The notes beneath the pieces were generated by a model. It did not search any database. It had not been told where the DNA came from and was given only the letters and a program-made list of their open reading frames with translations. From an uncultured Methanomassiliicoccales archaeon (GTDB lineage: Archaea; Thermoplasmatota; Thermoplasmata; Methanomassiliicoccales; UBA472), in assembly GCA_963695345.1 (NCBI GenBank), contig OY968769.1, positions 2,304,001 to 2,368,000 of the forward strand: a DNA stretch of 64,000 bases. Reading direction: 5' to 3'. Below, piece after piece: positions 27,993-38,110 of the stretch (position 1 is its first letter; every line of letters starts with the position of its first letter). The translations under genes and the position numbers were made by a program.

Positions 27993-29897
27993 ATGCCAGT
28001 AGGTATTCATATGCGGAACAGGGCAGCCGTGGTCGGTATGATTTTGTTGTTGACCATCTCGTCGTTCATACCGGTCCAGTTTACCGCCGTTGCGGTAACG
28101 AGTGGTGACTACGACTATTCTATCATCAACAACGAAACCGCGGTGGAGATAACATCATACACCGGGTCCGCGAACGAAGTCACCATTCCCGATACGATCG
28201 ATGGTTATCCGGTCCTCTCGATCGGCGGGTTCGCTTTCTACTCGGACACCGACCTTAGCAAGGTGGTCATACCCCAGGGGGTCACCAACATAGGTTATTC
28301 CGCATTCTATCAGTGCATCGCCTTGAAGACCGTCTCCATTCCCGATTCGGTCACCACCATAGGCAATGGTGCTTTCTATGAGTGCAGATCGTTGTCATCC
28401 CTCGCTCTCCCTGACGGTCTGGTGTCCATCGATGCCTACGCGTTCTATGGCAGCGATCTGACGACCATCGTCATTCCGGACGGCGTCAGCACCATCGGGA
28501 ACAATGCCTTCCAGGGGTGCCATAACCTCACCTCGGTCACTCTTCCCAGAGGGCTGAACTTGCTGGAGGGCGAAGAGTTCGCGGAGTGCTATGACCTGAC
28601 CTCCATAAATATTCCGGACGGTGTCATCAGCATCGGTGAGGCCTCGTTCTTCAATTGCACCTCGTTGACCTCGATCGCGATCCCAGACAGTGTCGTGAGC
28701 ATCGGGGACAATGCGTTCCAAGGATGTGCCGGATTGACCCAGGTGACCATCGGATCAGGGCTGGCCTCCATAGGCTCCGCCGCATTCTACGGGTGCAGGT
28801 CGATAACGTCAATCCTATTGCCGGATAGTGTGGTCTCCATCGGATCTGCGGCATTCTCCGGTTGCACAGCGCTGACCACACTGAGGCTGGGAAGCGAACT
28901 TGCAGGCATCGGGGCCCTGACCTGCCATGGCTGCCAATCCCTGGTGACGCTTGAGGTACCAGACACCGTTTCGTTCATCGGATATAGCGCATTCTTTAAT
29001 TGCACCGCCCTGAGCAGCGTTGTCATCGGGAGCGGTGTCACATACATCGGTAAAACGGCGTTCGGGAACTGTTCCACCCTGACCTCGGTCGTCTTCAAGA
29101 GCGGAGCGCCATCGGTGGCTTCCGACTGGGTCTTGAATCATAATTCCAGCCTCAGCATCAAAAGCTATGCCGGGGCTGACGGTTTCACCATGCCGCTCTG
29201 GGAGGGCATCGCTTCAGAACAGAACGGATCGGAAATGGCCGCGCCCAATGGTCTGAGCGCAGATCTCCGCCCCGCTTCCGTGTGGCTTTCCTGGAAGGGT
29301 CTGCAGGGGGAAATCAACTCCTCCATCGACTACTACATCGTCTACCAGGACGGAATAGATGTCAAGCACGTGAACGGAACTTCGACCGTTTTCACCGGAC
29401 TTGAAACTGGCAGGACGTACACCTTTAAGGTTTCGGCACACTCCGCCTCGGTACCCGGTCTGAACTCGACCTCCCTGGCGGCCGGGCCCATCTATCCTCA
29501 GGTACCCATCAGCGTGAACATCGTCACCCCGACGGAGGATTCCAAGCTGGTGACCGGGAACGTGGAGCTGAGATGGACGGTGAGCGGCAATTCGTTTGCG
29601 GTCGCATACTATCTGGTCAGCATCGACGATGGTCCCCAGGTCAGGCTGGCAGTGGAGGTGAACAACTACACCATGATCGGTCAGGGCGTCGGGGTCCACG
29701 AAGCGAACGTCACGGCGACTGACGGTATGGGCGGTTCGGCATTCGATCGGGTCTCATTCACGATCAACGCGACATCCACAACCGATGCTCCAGGGAGATC
29801 GAGTGATGATTCGGCCTTGATCGTGGTCGTGATTATCGTTGTATTGTTGGGCGCACTCGCCGCCATTGTCTGGGTACATCGAAGAAGAAAGAAGTGA
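27993..29897 (+). CDS. BspA-type leucine-rich repeat surface protein with FN3/Ig domains and TM anchor
   Basis: 23-aa repeats IPDSVxSIGxxAFxGCxxLTS, an FN3-like WKG..YTFKVSA unit, and a C-terminal TM with HRRRKK. Confidence 0.92.
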   Translation: MPVGIHMRNRAAVVGMILLLTISSFIPVQFTAVAVTSGDYDYSIINNETAVEITSYTGSANEVTIPDTIDGYPVLSIGGFAFYSDTDLSKVVIPQGVTNIGYSAFYQCIALKTVSIPDSVTTIGNGAFYECRSLSSLALPDGLVSIDAYAFYGSDLTTIVIPDGVSTIGNNAFQGCHNLTSVTLPRGLNLLEGEEFAECYDLTSINIPDGVISIGEASFFNCTSLTSIAIPDSVVSIGDNAFQGCAGLTQVTIGSGLASIGSAAFYGCRSITSILLPDSVVSIGSAAFSGCTALTTLRLGSELAGIGALTCHGCQSLVTLEVPDTVSFIGYSAFFNCTALSSVVIGSGVTYIGKTAFGNCSTLTSVVFKSGAPSVASDWVLNHNSSLSIKSYAGADGFTMPLWEGIASEQNGSEMAAPNGLSADLRPASVWLSWKGLQGEINSSIDYYIVYQDGIDVKHVNGTSTVFTGLETGRTYTFKVSAHSASVPGLNSTSLAAGPIYPQVPISVNIVTPTEDSKLVTGNVELRWTVSGNSFAVAYYLVSIDDGPQVRLAVEVNNYTMIGQGVGVHEANVTATDGMGGSAFDRVSFTINATSTTDAPGRSSDDSALIVVVIIVVLLGALAAIVWVHRRRKK

Positions 29898-30199
29898 GGG
29901 TCGGCATGATGGCCACTGCCTCGGTCCGTTTAAGATGAGGCCTTATTCAATATGGAACCAGGAATTGTATACAATCGTTAAATAGAAACTGTCAAATATA
30001 TTACATCGACTAGTTTTGATGATGCTTGTCTGGACAGCACAAGCAAAGAATGGAAGGGAGGATTTTAGATTATGCTCGACCTGCAGACCGGTTCCCATGT
30101 CAGAGGCCCGATTCAGACGTGGACAGTTACAAAGGGGTCGATCTGATGAGAATTCACGAAACATCTTCGGATCGGTCCCCACAGGATGCTCGAACGCCG

Positions 30200-30583
30200 A
30201 TGAAAACCCCATGTGAGCTGGTCGTCGGATATGTACTGCCATTGATACGGAGGGGGATGGCAGATGAATTGATGGACACTCACAACATCAGTCAAGCGCA
30301 GGTCGCCAGATACTTCGGGGTCACCGATTCGGCGATCAGTTTCTACCGCAATAATAAACGCACATACATCGATGGCTTCGAGAAAACAAAACAGTACTTG
30401 GACCTGAAGTTCGAGATCGAAGGCGGGGCCATTAAGCTGATTAACGGCATCGATTTCCAAACCATAGTGTGTCAGATATGCACGAACTTGAGGGGCTCGG
30501 GATTGCTGGAACTGATTCAGGAGGAGGTGGCTAGAACATCGAGGAACGGACGATTCCCGGACCGTTTGGTCCTCATCAGATGA
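30200..30583 (+). CDS. Archaeal HTH transcriptional regulator (COG2522-like)
   Basis: MKTPCELVVGYVLPLIRRGMADEL..SQAQVARYFGVTDSAISFY..KR and CQIC. The start may lie further upstream (the ORF is open to 30026). Confidence 0.75.
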   Translation: MKTPCELVVGYVLPLIRRGMADELMDTHNISQAQVARYFGVTDSAISFYRNNKRTYIDGFEKTKQYLDLKFEIEGGAIKLINGIDFQTIVCQICTNLRGSGLLELIQEEVARTSRNGRFPDRLVLIR

Positions 30584-30875
30584 ATGCGTGAGCTGACATC
30601 GTAAGGAACGGCTTCTTGTGATCGCCCCGGTCCGGTTGAAGCATCCCATTTATTCCCCACGGCAGCCATTCCTCGTATCATTTTGAAGGTCGTTTTGATC
30701 TCAGGCGACCTGCCAATCTCACCGCAGACGATCACGCTTCCTCTTTGGAGGCCTCGAGCGTCATCCCAAGATGATGTTCCCTGGGAGACTGCCTTTCAGG
30801 CAATCCAGATATTCTGGGGCCGAAATGTTAATATTATGTCACCCCATTTCTGAACCAATCAAAGAGGGATGCAAC

Positions 30876-31256
30876 TTGCCGCTGTTGAAGAAGCCGTTGA
30901 GAAAGGGGAAGGATGACGTTCAGACCGTTGAGACAGATCAATACATCGATCTCGGGGCACTGTATTTCCAAGAGGACAGCCCGCTCGCCGGGAACGGTAT
31001 GATCAAGGTCGCCGAGGTCTATCGTTTCGAGGACGTCACATCCGTAAGCCAGCCGGTCTACAATGGCAACATCGTCCTCATCGATTATTCGCCGATCGAG
31101 AACGACCAGCAGACCCTGAAGAAGATCACGAACGAGCTGAAGAACATCGCCCGCGACACCGGCGGCGACGTTGCGGCGATCGGGAACAACCTGATCGTGG
31201 TGGCGCCCAACGGGATCAAGATCGACAGGCACAAGATCAAGGGCGGCTTCAACTAA
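30876..31256 (+). CDS. sepF: Cell division protein SepF
   Basis: YIDL..IKVAEV..VYNGNIVLID..GGDVAAIGNNLIVVAPNGIKIDRHKI. TTG start after GAGGG. Confidence 0.88.
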   Translation: MPLLKKPLRKGKDDVQTVETDQYIDLGALYFQEDSPLAGNGMIKVAEVYRFEDVTSVSQPVYNGNIVLIDYSPIENDQQTLKKITNELKNIARDTGGDVAAIGNNLIVVAPNGIKIDRHKIKGGFN

Positions 31257-31332
31257 ACATATTACGCCCGGGGCATGGCCCCGGGATAACTGTTCTCAAA
31301 GCCAATATATAGTCCAATCCTGATTTTCCTCC

Positions 31333-32646
31333 GTGCCAGATTATAAGGTCATCCATGACAGCGTCCATGGCAGCGTCAAGGTGAGCGGTGTCTATCTGGA
31401 CCTGCTCCAGAGGCCAGAGGTCCAGCGCCTCCATGGGGTGCATCAGCTCGGATTGGCCTATCTGGTGTTCCCCGGGGCGCACCACACCCGGATGGAGCAT
31501 TCTCTCGGCACCTATCAGATCGCCTCCCGCATGGCGGCCGCGCTGGACATCCCGGAACATGAGCGGAAATGCGTCCTGGCGGCGGCGATGCTGCACGATA
31601 TCGGTCACGCTCCCTACTCCCACACCCTGGAGTGTGTCCTGGAGGAGCGGACCGGGATGACCCATACCGACATCGGCAGGGCGCTCATCAAGGGGGAGAT
31701 GCGTCACATCGATCCCAAGGAAGGCGAGGTCATCGGGGACCGGGGACCGATAGCCGACCTGCTGGAATCAGAAGGGATATCGTCCGACCTGGTGACCGAC
31801 CTGATCGTCTCTCCGCGCGGACCGGACCTGAGCGGTCAGAAGAAGTTGCCACTGGAAGGTGTGCAGACCTATTTCAACGAGAACAACTACCTGAGGCAGG
31901 TGATCCACGGCCCGGTGGACGCCGACCAGATGGACTATCTGGTGCGGGACGCCCACTATACCGGTGTGGCCCATGGGACCATCGATATCGATCGGATCAT
32001 GGACACCATCGAACTGCATCACGGAGACATCGCGGTCCGCAAGAGCGGAGTGGTGGCCATCGAGGGGCTGATGGTCGCCCGGGCCCTCATGTACACATCG
32101 GTCTACTTCCATCATACCGTGCGCATAGCGGAGATGATGCTGTGCAAGGCGGTCGAGAACGCCAGCGAGAGGGTAATCGAAGACATCCAGATCCAGACTG
32201 ATGCCAGTCTCTCCGAGCGGCTCCTGAAGGATGGCGGAAACTCCAGTCGGATCATGACCCTGCTGCGGTACCGGCATTTGTACAAGCGGGCGTACTCGAT
32301 GCTCATCTCCGATCTTGACCCGGAACAGCTGGACTCGCTGCTTCCTCTGACGTCCTACGAGAAGCGGAAGGACGTGGAACGACAGATAGCGGAGAGGGCG
32401 GAGGTGGACGGATCGGAGGTCATCCTCGACATGCCCGAAAGGGAGCTGCTCATCACCGAGCCGCGCATCGGCAAGACCGAGGTGCCGATCATCAACGGGG
32501 ACCGGGTCAGGCCGCTCTCCAAGTACAGCCCCCTGGCCAAGGCGATACAGACCCGCAGCGTCAACGATTGGGCGGTCATGGTGTCGACCCCCGGGGCCAA
32601 CCAGGAGAGGGTGCGAAAGGCGGCCGAAAAAGTACTTTTCTCCTGA
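31333..32646 (+). CDS. HD-superfamily phosphohydrolase (SAMHD1/dNTPase-like)
   Basis: DSVHG, QRL..QLG..FPGAHHTRMEHSLG, LHDIGH, DADQMDYLVRD, VYFHHTVR. Confidence 0.92.
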   Translation: MPDYKVIHDSVHGSVKVSGVYLDLLQRPEVQRLHGVHQLGLAYLVFPGAHHTRMEHSLGTYQIASRMAAALDIPEHERKCVLAAAMLHDIGHAPYSHTLECVLEERTGMTHTDIGRALIKGEMRHIDPKEGEVIGDRGPIADLLESEGISSDLVTDLIVSPRGPDLSGQKKLPLEGVQTYFNENNYLRQVIHGPVDADQMDYLVRDAHYTGVAHGTIDIDRIMDTIELHHGDIAVRKSGVVAIEGLMVARALMYTSVYFHHTVRIAEMMLCKAVENASERVIEDIQIQTDASLSERLLKDGGNSSRIMTLLRYRHLYKRAYSMLISDLDPEQLDSLLPLTSYEKRKDVERQIAERAEVDGSEVILDMPERELLITEPRIGKTEVPIINGDRVRPLSKYSPLAKAIQTRSVNDWAVMVSTPGANQERVRKAAEKVLFS

Positions 32647-32746
32647 ACCATCGCTATCCGGAACAGGCCTGGCCAGGGACTACTTTCATCCTTGATATCC
32701 GGGTCGAAAAACGCTTCAAACCATCCCCCCTATTCTATCTGCTACG

Positions 32747-34012
32747 ATGTTCGATCCCCTCTTCCTGTCCCTTTCCACCGTCGTTTCCATCCTCGCCATG
32801 GTCATGGGAGGTTACGTTCTTTTCAGAAACCCGCATCAGGGGATATCAAGGTCGTTCTTCGTGGTCATGGTCTTCCTGTCATTGTCATCGGCCCTTGACT
32901 ATCTGTTCCTCACCGCCGCCTCGATCGAGGTCGCCACCCTGATGGTGAGATTGCTGATATTCTGCCTGGTCTGCGTGTTCGGTGGATTCCTTTACCTGGC
33001 CACCTTCTTCTCGCTGCAGAGCGATTATTCCATTTTCCGCAGGAACAGGCTGCGATACATGGTACTGGTCATCTCCAGCGGGATCATTTCCGGTCTCTTC
33101 TTCGTCAAGGTTCAGATGGGCGATTTCGGCTGGTTCATCCCCAATTCGTTCGAGATGTTGGCATTAGGCCTATTGATCCTGACCTATCTGGGCTATGCCC
33201 TGTTCCTCTTGCATGCCGCCCATCGGGCGACCCGCGATCGCTCCGTCGACAAGTCCGTGGCCAGCCTGACCTTGGCCATGTCGGTGCCTTTCTGCTATCC
33301 TCTCCTGGTCTCGCTGGTCGAGCTGTTCGGCGTGTCCTTTCCCACACCGATGGCACCAGCCATCCTGATCACCTCCACGGTGTTCTTCTACGCCATCGTC
33401 AGGGAGCGGTTCCTGGATATCCGCCCCTCGGATGACTTCACCCGGGTCAAGTTCAAACCCATTGCCACCAAGCTCGAAACCGGGCGCTCCTATGCCGTCC
33501 AGGAAAAGGGGACGGAGGCGTCCTTCCGCATCTTTGCCTCCGAGCTCAACACCGGACGCAAGGGTCTGATCATATCCCAGAAGCACCCGGAACAGATCCG
33601 CGAGCAGTTCGGCCTGAAGAACACACCGATAATCTGGCTGGCCAACCGGCCGGTCAAGGAGGCGGTGTCGCCTTCGAACCTCCCTCTCCTGGAAAGGAAG
33701 ATAAAGCGCTTCATGAGCGAGGGGAGGAACACCATTGTCCTCATCGAGGGCTTGGACAATCTGATACTGGAAACATCCAGTGAAAAGACCATGAGGTTTC
33801 TGTTCGACCTCGGGGATGAGGCGCTGGTCCGGGGCTCCAGGCTGATCCTGTCTTTCGACCCCGAGGTCCTGTCCGAGCGCGACCTCGCGCTGCTGATGAG
33901 GGACATGGTGGTCCTGGACCATATGGGATTGCCGGTCCTCTTCCGGTCCGCGGGTGGCGCTGACCTGCCCGACCGGGTCGGGATCAGCCTTTCATCACAC
34001 CGATGGGCGTGA
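32747..34012 (+). CDS. 7TM sensor fused to DUF835 domain
   Basis: Seven TM segments followed by GLIISQKHPEQIR..TPIIWL..VSPSNL..IEGLDNLI..LGDE..ERDLALL. Confidence 0.8.
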   Translation: MFDPLFLSLSTVVSILAMVMGGYVLFRNPHQGISRSFFVVMVFLSLSSALDYLFLTAASIEVATLMVRLLIFCLVCVFGGFLYLATFFSLQSDYSIFRRNRLRYMVLVISSGIISGLFFVKVQMGDFGWFIPNSFEMLALGLLILTYLGYALFLLHAAHRATRDRSVDKSVASLTLAMSVPFCYPLLVSLVELFGVSFPTPMAPAILITSTVFFYAIVRERFLDIRPSDDFTRVKFKPIATKLETGRSYAVQEKGTEASFRIFASELNTGRKGLIISQKHPEQIREQFGLKNTPIIWLANRPVKEAVSPSNLPLLERKIKRFMSEGRNTIVLIEGLDNLILETSSEKTMRFLFDLGDEALVRGSRLILSFDPEVLSERDLALLMRDMVVLDHMGLPVLFRSAGGADLPDRVGISLSSHRWA

Positions 34013-35438
34013 GCTTAACCACTGGCCTGGAAAGGCCCGCCCCGCTTACCACGGCGATGACATCATCAATGTCCTTGTAGGCGCCCGGCGCTTCCTCGAT
34101 GATGCCGTCCTTGGTGCTCGCCTTGAGGTAGATGCCCTTCGACTCGAGCTGCTGCTTGACCGTCGAGGCGTTGTAGGTGTTGATCGCAGTGGCCCTCGAC
34201 ATCATGCGGCCGGCGCCATGGCAGGTGGAACCGAACGATTCCTTCATCCCCCGGTCCGTTCCCACCAGCACGTAGGTTCCCGCACCCATGTCCCCCGGGA
34301 TGATGACCGGGTGACCTACCGAGGAATATTTGGATGGGAGCTCCGGATGGCCGGCCGGGAAGGCTCGGGTGGCCCCTTTTCGGTGCACGTAGACCTTCCT
34401 CCTCCTGCCATCGACCTCGTGTTCCTCCAGCTTGGCGATGTTGTGCGCCACGTCGTAAACGTGCCGCATATCCATGTCCTCTGCCTTCCGGTGGAACACG
34501 CTCTCGAACGATTGGCGGACCCAGTGCATGATCATCTGCCGGTTCGCCCAGGCGAAGTTGGCACCGGCGCTCATGCCGTTGAAGTAATCCTGCCCGTCCT
34601 TTGAGTTGACCGGTGCGCAGGCCAGCTGGCGGTCGGGGAGGTTCAGGTTCATGGATTTCAGCGACCGTTCCATGACCTGCAGGTAGTCGGTGGCGATCTG
34701 ATGGCCGCATCCCCGGGAACCGCAATGGATGGTCACCGTGATCTGGCCCTCATGGGTCAGGCCGAACGCCTTGGCGGCCGAGGGATCGAAGATCTTGTCG
34801 ACCTTGTCGATCTCCAGGAAATGGTTCCCCGAACCCAACGAGCCGACCTGCGGGATGCCTCTCTGCTTTGCCTTCTGGGAGACCTTGGTCGGGTCGGCGT
34901 TCTCCAGCCTGCCCCCCTCTTCGGTGGTCTCCAGGTCGTCCTCCCATCCGAAGCCCTTCCGGACCGCCCATTCCGCTCCCTCGGTGAGGATGGCGTCGAT
35001 CTCGCTGGACGCCACATCGACCACGCCTTCCGAGCCGACACCGGAAGGGACATTCTTGAACAGCGTGCCGATGAGGTCCTTGACCCGGGGCTCGACGTCC
35101 TTGACCTCCAGGTTGGTGCTGAGGAGCCTCACCCCGCAGTTGATGTCGAAGCCGATGCCGCCGGGCGAGATGACTCCCTCCTCGGAATCCATCGCCGCGA
35201 CGCCGCCGATCGGAAACCCATATCCCCAATGGATATCCGGCATGGCCAATGACTTCCCGACTATGCCCGGTAGGGTGGCCACGTTGGCCGCCTGCTCCGG
35301 TGAATTGTCGCTCAGCACATGCTCGATCATCTTGTCATTGGAATAGATCATGGCGCTGGTGCGCATTCCCGGTTTGTAATCCTGCGGGATCTCCCAGCGG
35401 TAATCGTCGATCTTGTTGATGGTTCCCTTCCAAGCCAA
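33984..35438 (-). CDS. rtcB: RNA-splicing ligase RtcB
   Basis: MPDIHWGYGFPIGG, GFDINCG, GSLGSGNHFLE, HCGSRG, HNIA, HRKGAT, HGAGR, EEAPGAYK. TTG start. Confidence 0.97.
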   Translation of the reverse strand: MAWKGTINKIDDYRWEIPQDYKPGMRTSAMIYSNDKMIEHVLSDNSPEQAANVATLPGIVGKSLAMPDIHWGYGFPIGGVAAMDSEEGVISPGGIGFDINCGVRLLSTNLEVKDVEPRVKDLIGTLFKNVPSGVGSEGVVDVASSEIDAILTEGAEWAVRKGFGWEDDLETTEEGGRLENADPTKVSQKAKQRGIPQVGSLGSGNHFLEIDKVDKIFDPSAAKAFGLTHEGQITVTIHCGSRGCGHQIATDYLQVMERSLKSMNLNLPDRQLACAPVNSKDGQDYFNGMSAGANFAWANRQMIMHWVRQSFESVFHRKAEDMDMRHVYDVAHNIAKLEEHEVDGRRRKVYVHRKGATRAFPAGHPELPSKYSSVGHPVIIPGDMGAGTYVLVGTDRGMKESFGSTCHGAGRMMSRATAINTYNASTVKQQLESKGIYLKASTKDGIIEEAPGAYKDIDDVIAVVSGAGLSRPVVKLTPIGVMKG

Positions 35439-35547
35439 ATGTCACACCAGAACACGTACATGGCGGGGGTTAGATAAAGTTTTCAAATACACTACCGAAC
35501 AAAGGATAATTAGAGCATATGGGCATCGGGATGGGGCATAGGCGACT

Positions 35548-36736
35548 ATGATTCAGAATATTGCATGGTACTCAGCCTTCCCCCTGATGACGGGGGCCTT
35601 GGCACTGGTGTTGGGAATCGCGGCTCTCCGCCGGGACCGCCACATCGCCATAGCCAACGGGTTCCTGGTGCTCATGCTGGTCTTCCTCTGCGCCGGAATA
35701 TTCGATTTCCTGATGATCAACGCCTCAGATACGGAAACGGCCCTGCTGTTCGCCCGGGGGCTGATCCTTTCGATAGTCCTGATCTTTGCCGGTTTCCTCT
35801 TCCTGTCCACCAGTCTGGCCCTGATACCTCTCAACAGATGGCTGGGAAAGAACATCGTCCTGTACTCGGCGATGTCGTTCCTGGTCGGTCTGGTGCTGGC
35901 CTACAACCTGAACAGCCTGGAGCACAACCAGTACGGTTTCGGATTACCGGACACACCGGCGACATTGACGATACTGGTCGTGTTGGCGGCATTCACCGCG
36001 TATCACGCTTTCCCTGCTGGTCCGGCGTTGGCAGCAGTCCGATGATGAGATGGTAAGGGGAGTGTGCCTGCTCCTCGCCATGGCGGTCGCGGCGCCCTAT
36101 CTGTGGGGTCTGTCGCTGTTCATCATGGACCTTTACGATTTCGTTGTGCCCAGCGAGCTTTCTCCGGGATTCTTCGTCTCCATCGTGATCATCGGGTTTT
36201 CCTTCTACCGGCATCGTTTTTTCACCGTGGTGCCCGTTTCCGAGGACCGGGCCAGCATCATCGGCGCCAAAGGGCAGGAAGTGCTTCCGGAGGGAAGCTA
36301 CATTCTATTCGAGGAGGACAGGCCCGAAAGCATGTACGAGACCCTGCTGACCACGGTCTCCAACGGGGTCGAGGGCCTCATCGTCACCCGGACCTACCCC
36401 GACGATCTGCGGGAGAGGCACGGCCTGAAGCGAACCCCCGTGATATGGCTGTGCTCTCAGCCCGGTCAGGACTGGGTCGACCCCACTAACCTGTCCATCC
36501 TTGAGCACACCATCATCGAGTTCCTGAAAATGGGCCACAACACCGTGGTGGCGATCGATGGGATGGAATACCTCATCGCCAACAACGGTTCGCCCAAAGT
36601 GCTGCGCTTCCTGTATGGCCTGAGGGACGAGATACTGATGAGCCAATCCCGTCTGCTCATCACCATGAACCCCAAGGTGCTTGATGAAAAGGAGCTCGCC
36701 TTCTTCGAAAGGGACTTCATGGTGATAAAAAGATGA
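35548..36736 (+). pseudogene. 7TM-DUF835 protein split by a single +1 frameshift near 36001 (pseudogene or sequencing indel)
   Basis: Removing one base at about 36000-36001 joins ORF 35548..36045 to ORF 36050..36736 (FTA-ITLSLLVRRWQQSDDEMVRG). The joined product is a full paralog of 32747..34012 (GLIVTRTYP, TPVIWL, IDGMEYLI). Confidence 0.8.
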
Positions 36737-36743
36737 CAAGAAG

Positions 36744-36817
36744 GGCCGCGTCCGTGATTTGAACACGGGTCAAAGGATCCACAGTCCCACAGGATACCAG
36801 GCTACCCCAACGCGGCC
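36744..36817 (-). tRNA. tRNA-His(GTG), genomically encoded G-1, no encoded CCA
   Basis: Reverse strand reads G-GCCGCGT...TGGGA CTGTGGA TCCTT..CCGTG TTCAAAT CACGG ACGCGGC-C. A TATA-like TTTATTAA lies at 36846-36853 on the minus strand. Confidence 0.93.
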
Positions 36818-37118
36818 ATGCTGGAAGTTGTGGAACGCGTTTTGATTAATAAATGTTGCGCGTCACATTCATAAGGGAACAACCTGAAGGACAGGGGCGT
36901 TTTTTCCCAGAGTCCCATTGCGTCGACATAAGGACTTCGACCGGTCCGCCCATCTTCCGGGACGGGCGGGTCCGCCTTAACCATCCTCCGTCCAGGGGGT
37001 CCGGGGATGGATCCCTGTCCGGACCGCGCGATTCCACTAATAACTGGATTGCGCCAATATTCACATTATTTGTCCTATCGAGCGAACGGTTTAATAAAGC
37101 CACTCAAATCCAGGAGCG

Positions 37119-37955
37119 ATGCGGGACAAAATTGCGGTGGTCGTCCCATTCATTCTCATAGTCATAGCTGAGATATTCTTCTTCCTCAAGGACGCCTCCG
37201 ACACCCTTTCACTGCACGTGGTGAACATCTTCATCTGCGTTCTGATGGCCATCTTCATCGAGCGCTACTCGGATGTGTTCCAGGCGCTCATGCTCATATC
37301 GCTGCTCCGGGTCCTGAACGTCGGGATGCCGATCTTCTTCAACATGACCCTGTACTGGATGCCGTTCGTGTACGGGACAATAATCCTTTCCGGATACATC
37401 CTTTGGAAGATGGCCTTCGATACCAATGCCCAGAACGAGGGAGGTATAAGGAAACTGAAGGCTTACATCCTGGTCAATGCCAGACGCATCTGGGATTTCA
37501 TTAACCGGGGGGGAATGGAACAGAGCTCCAAATGGAACACTCTGTACGTTCCTTCGGCGATCGTCATCGGATTGGTGATGGCGAACTTCGAGTACCTCGT
37601 CCTCGGTCCCAACCCTCTCATCCCCGATCTGAGCGCGTTCAATCTCACCGTGCTCGCCGTGGTCATGATCATGTTCGTCGGTTTCGGGGAGGAGCTGGTC
37701 TTCAGAGGGTTCCTCCAGGCCCGGATAGAACGCCATTGGGGCATACCGTTGGCCCTTTTCACTTCCGCCTTCATGTTCTCCATAATGCACTCCGGATACG
37801 GCAGCATCCCGTACCTGATCTTCGTTTTCATCGTCGGTTTCATCCTGGCGGTGCTTTTCTGGAAGACCCGGAGCCTGATCTTCGTCGCGCTGATCCACGG
37901 GATCCTGAACTTCTTCCTGTTCTCGTTCCTACCCTACGGATGGGCTGTCTTCTAG
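37119..37955 (+). CDS. CPBP (Abi/CAAX type II) intramembrane metalloprotease
   Basis: EELVFRG, FSIMH, HGILN motifs; multi-TM. Confidence 0.9.
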   Translation: MRDKIAVVVPFILIVIAEIFFFLKDASDTLSLHVVNIFICVLMAIFIERYSDVFQALMLISLLRVLNVGMPIFFNMTLYWMPFVYGTIILSGYILWKMAFDTNAQNEGGIRKLKAYILVNARRIWDFINRGGMEQSSKWNTLYVPSAIVIGLVMANFEYLVLGPNPLIPDLSAFNLTVLAVVMIMFVGFGEELVFRGFLQARIERHWGIPLALFTSAFMFSIMHSGYGSIPYLIFVFIVGFILAVLFWKTRSLIFVALIHGILNFFLFSFLPYGWAVF

Positions 37956-38110
37956 AGGATACAACATGGTGGACAATATGGCTGACTAGTAGCCGGATGG
38001 ACACAACGGTGTAGTTCTGTCTCCCTGGTGTCAGTTATTATAATAATTTCCTGACATTGACACTACTTCTCGGCCATACCAATGGCCATGATGATTCGAA
38101 GGTAATTCAA

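Noticed and set aside
36744-36817. tRNA-His as an integration site
   Set aside because: No integrase and no duplicated tRNA 3' end were seen in the window.
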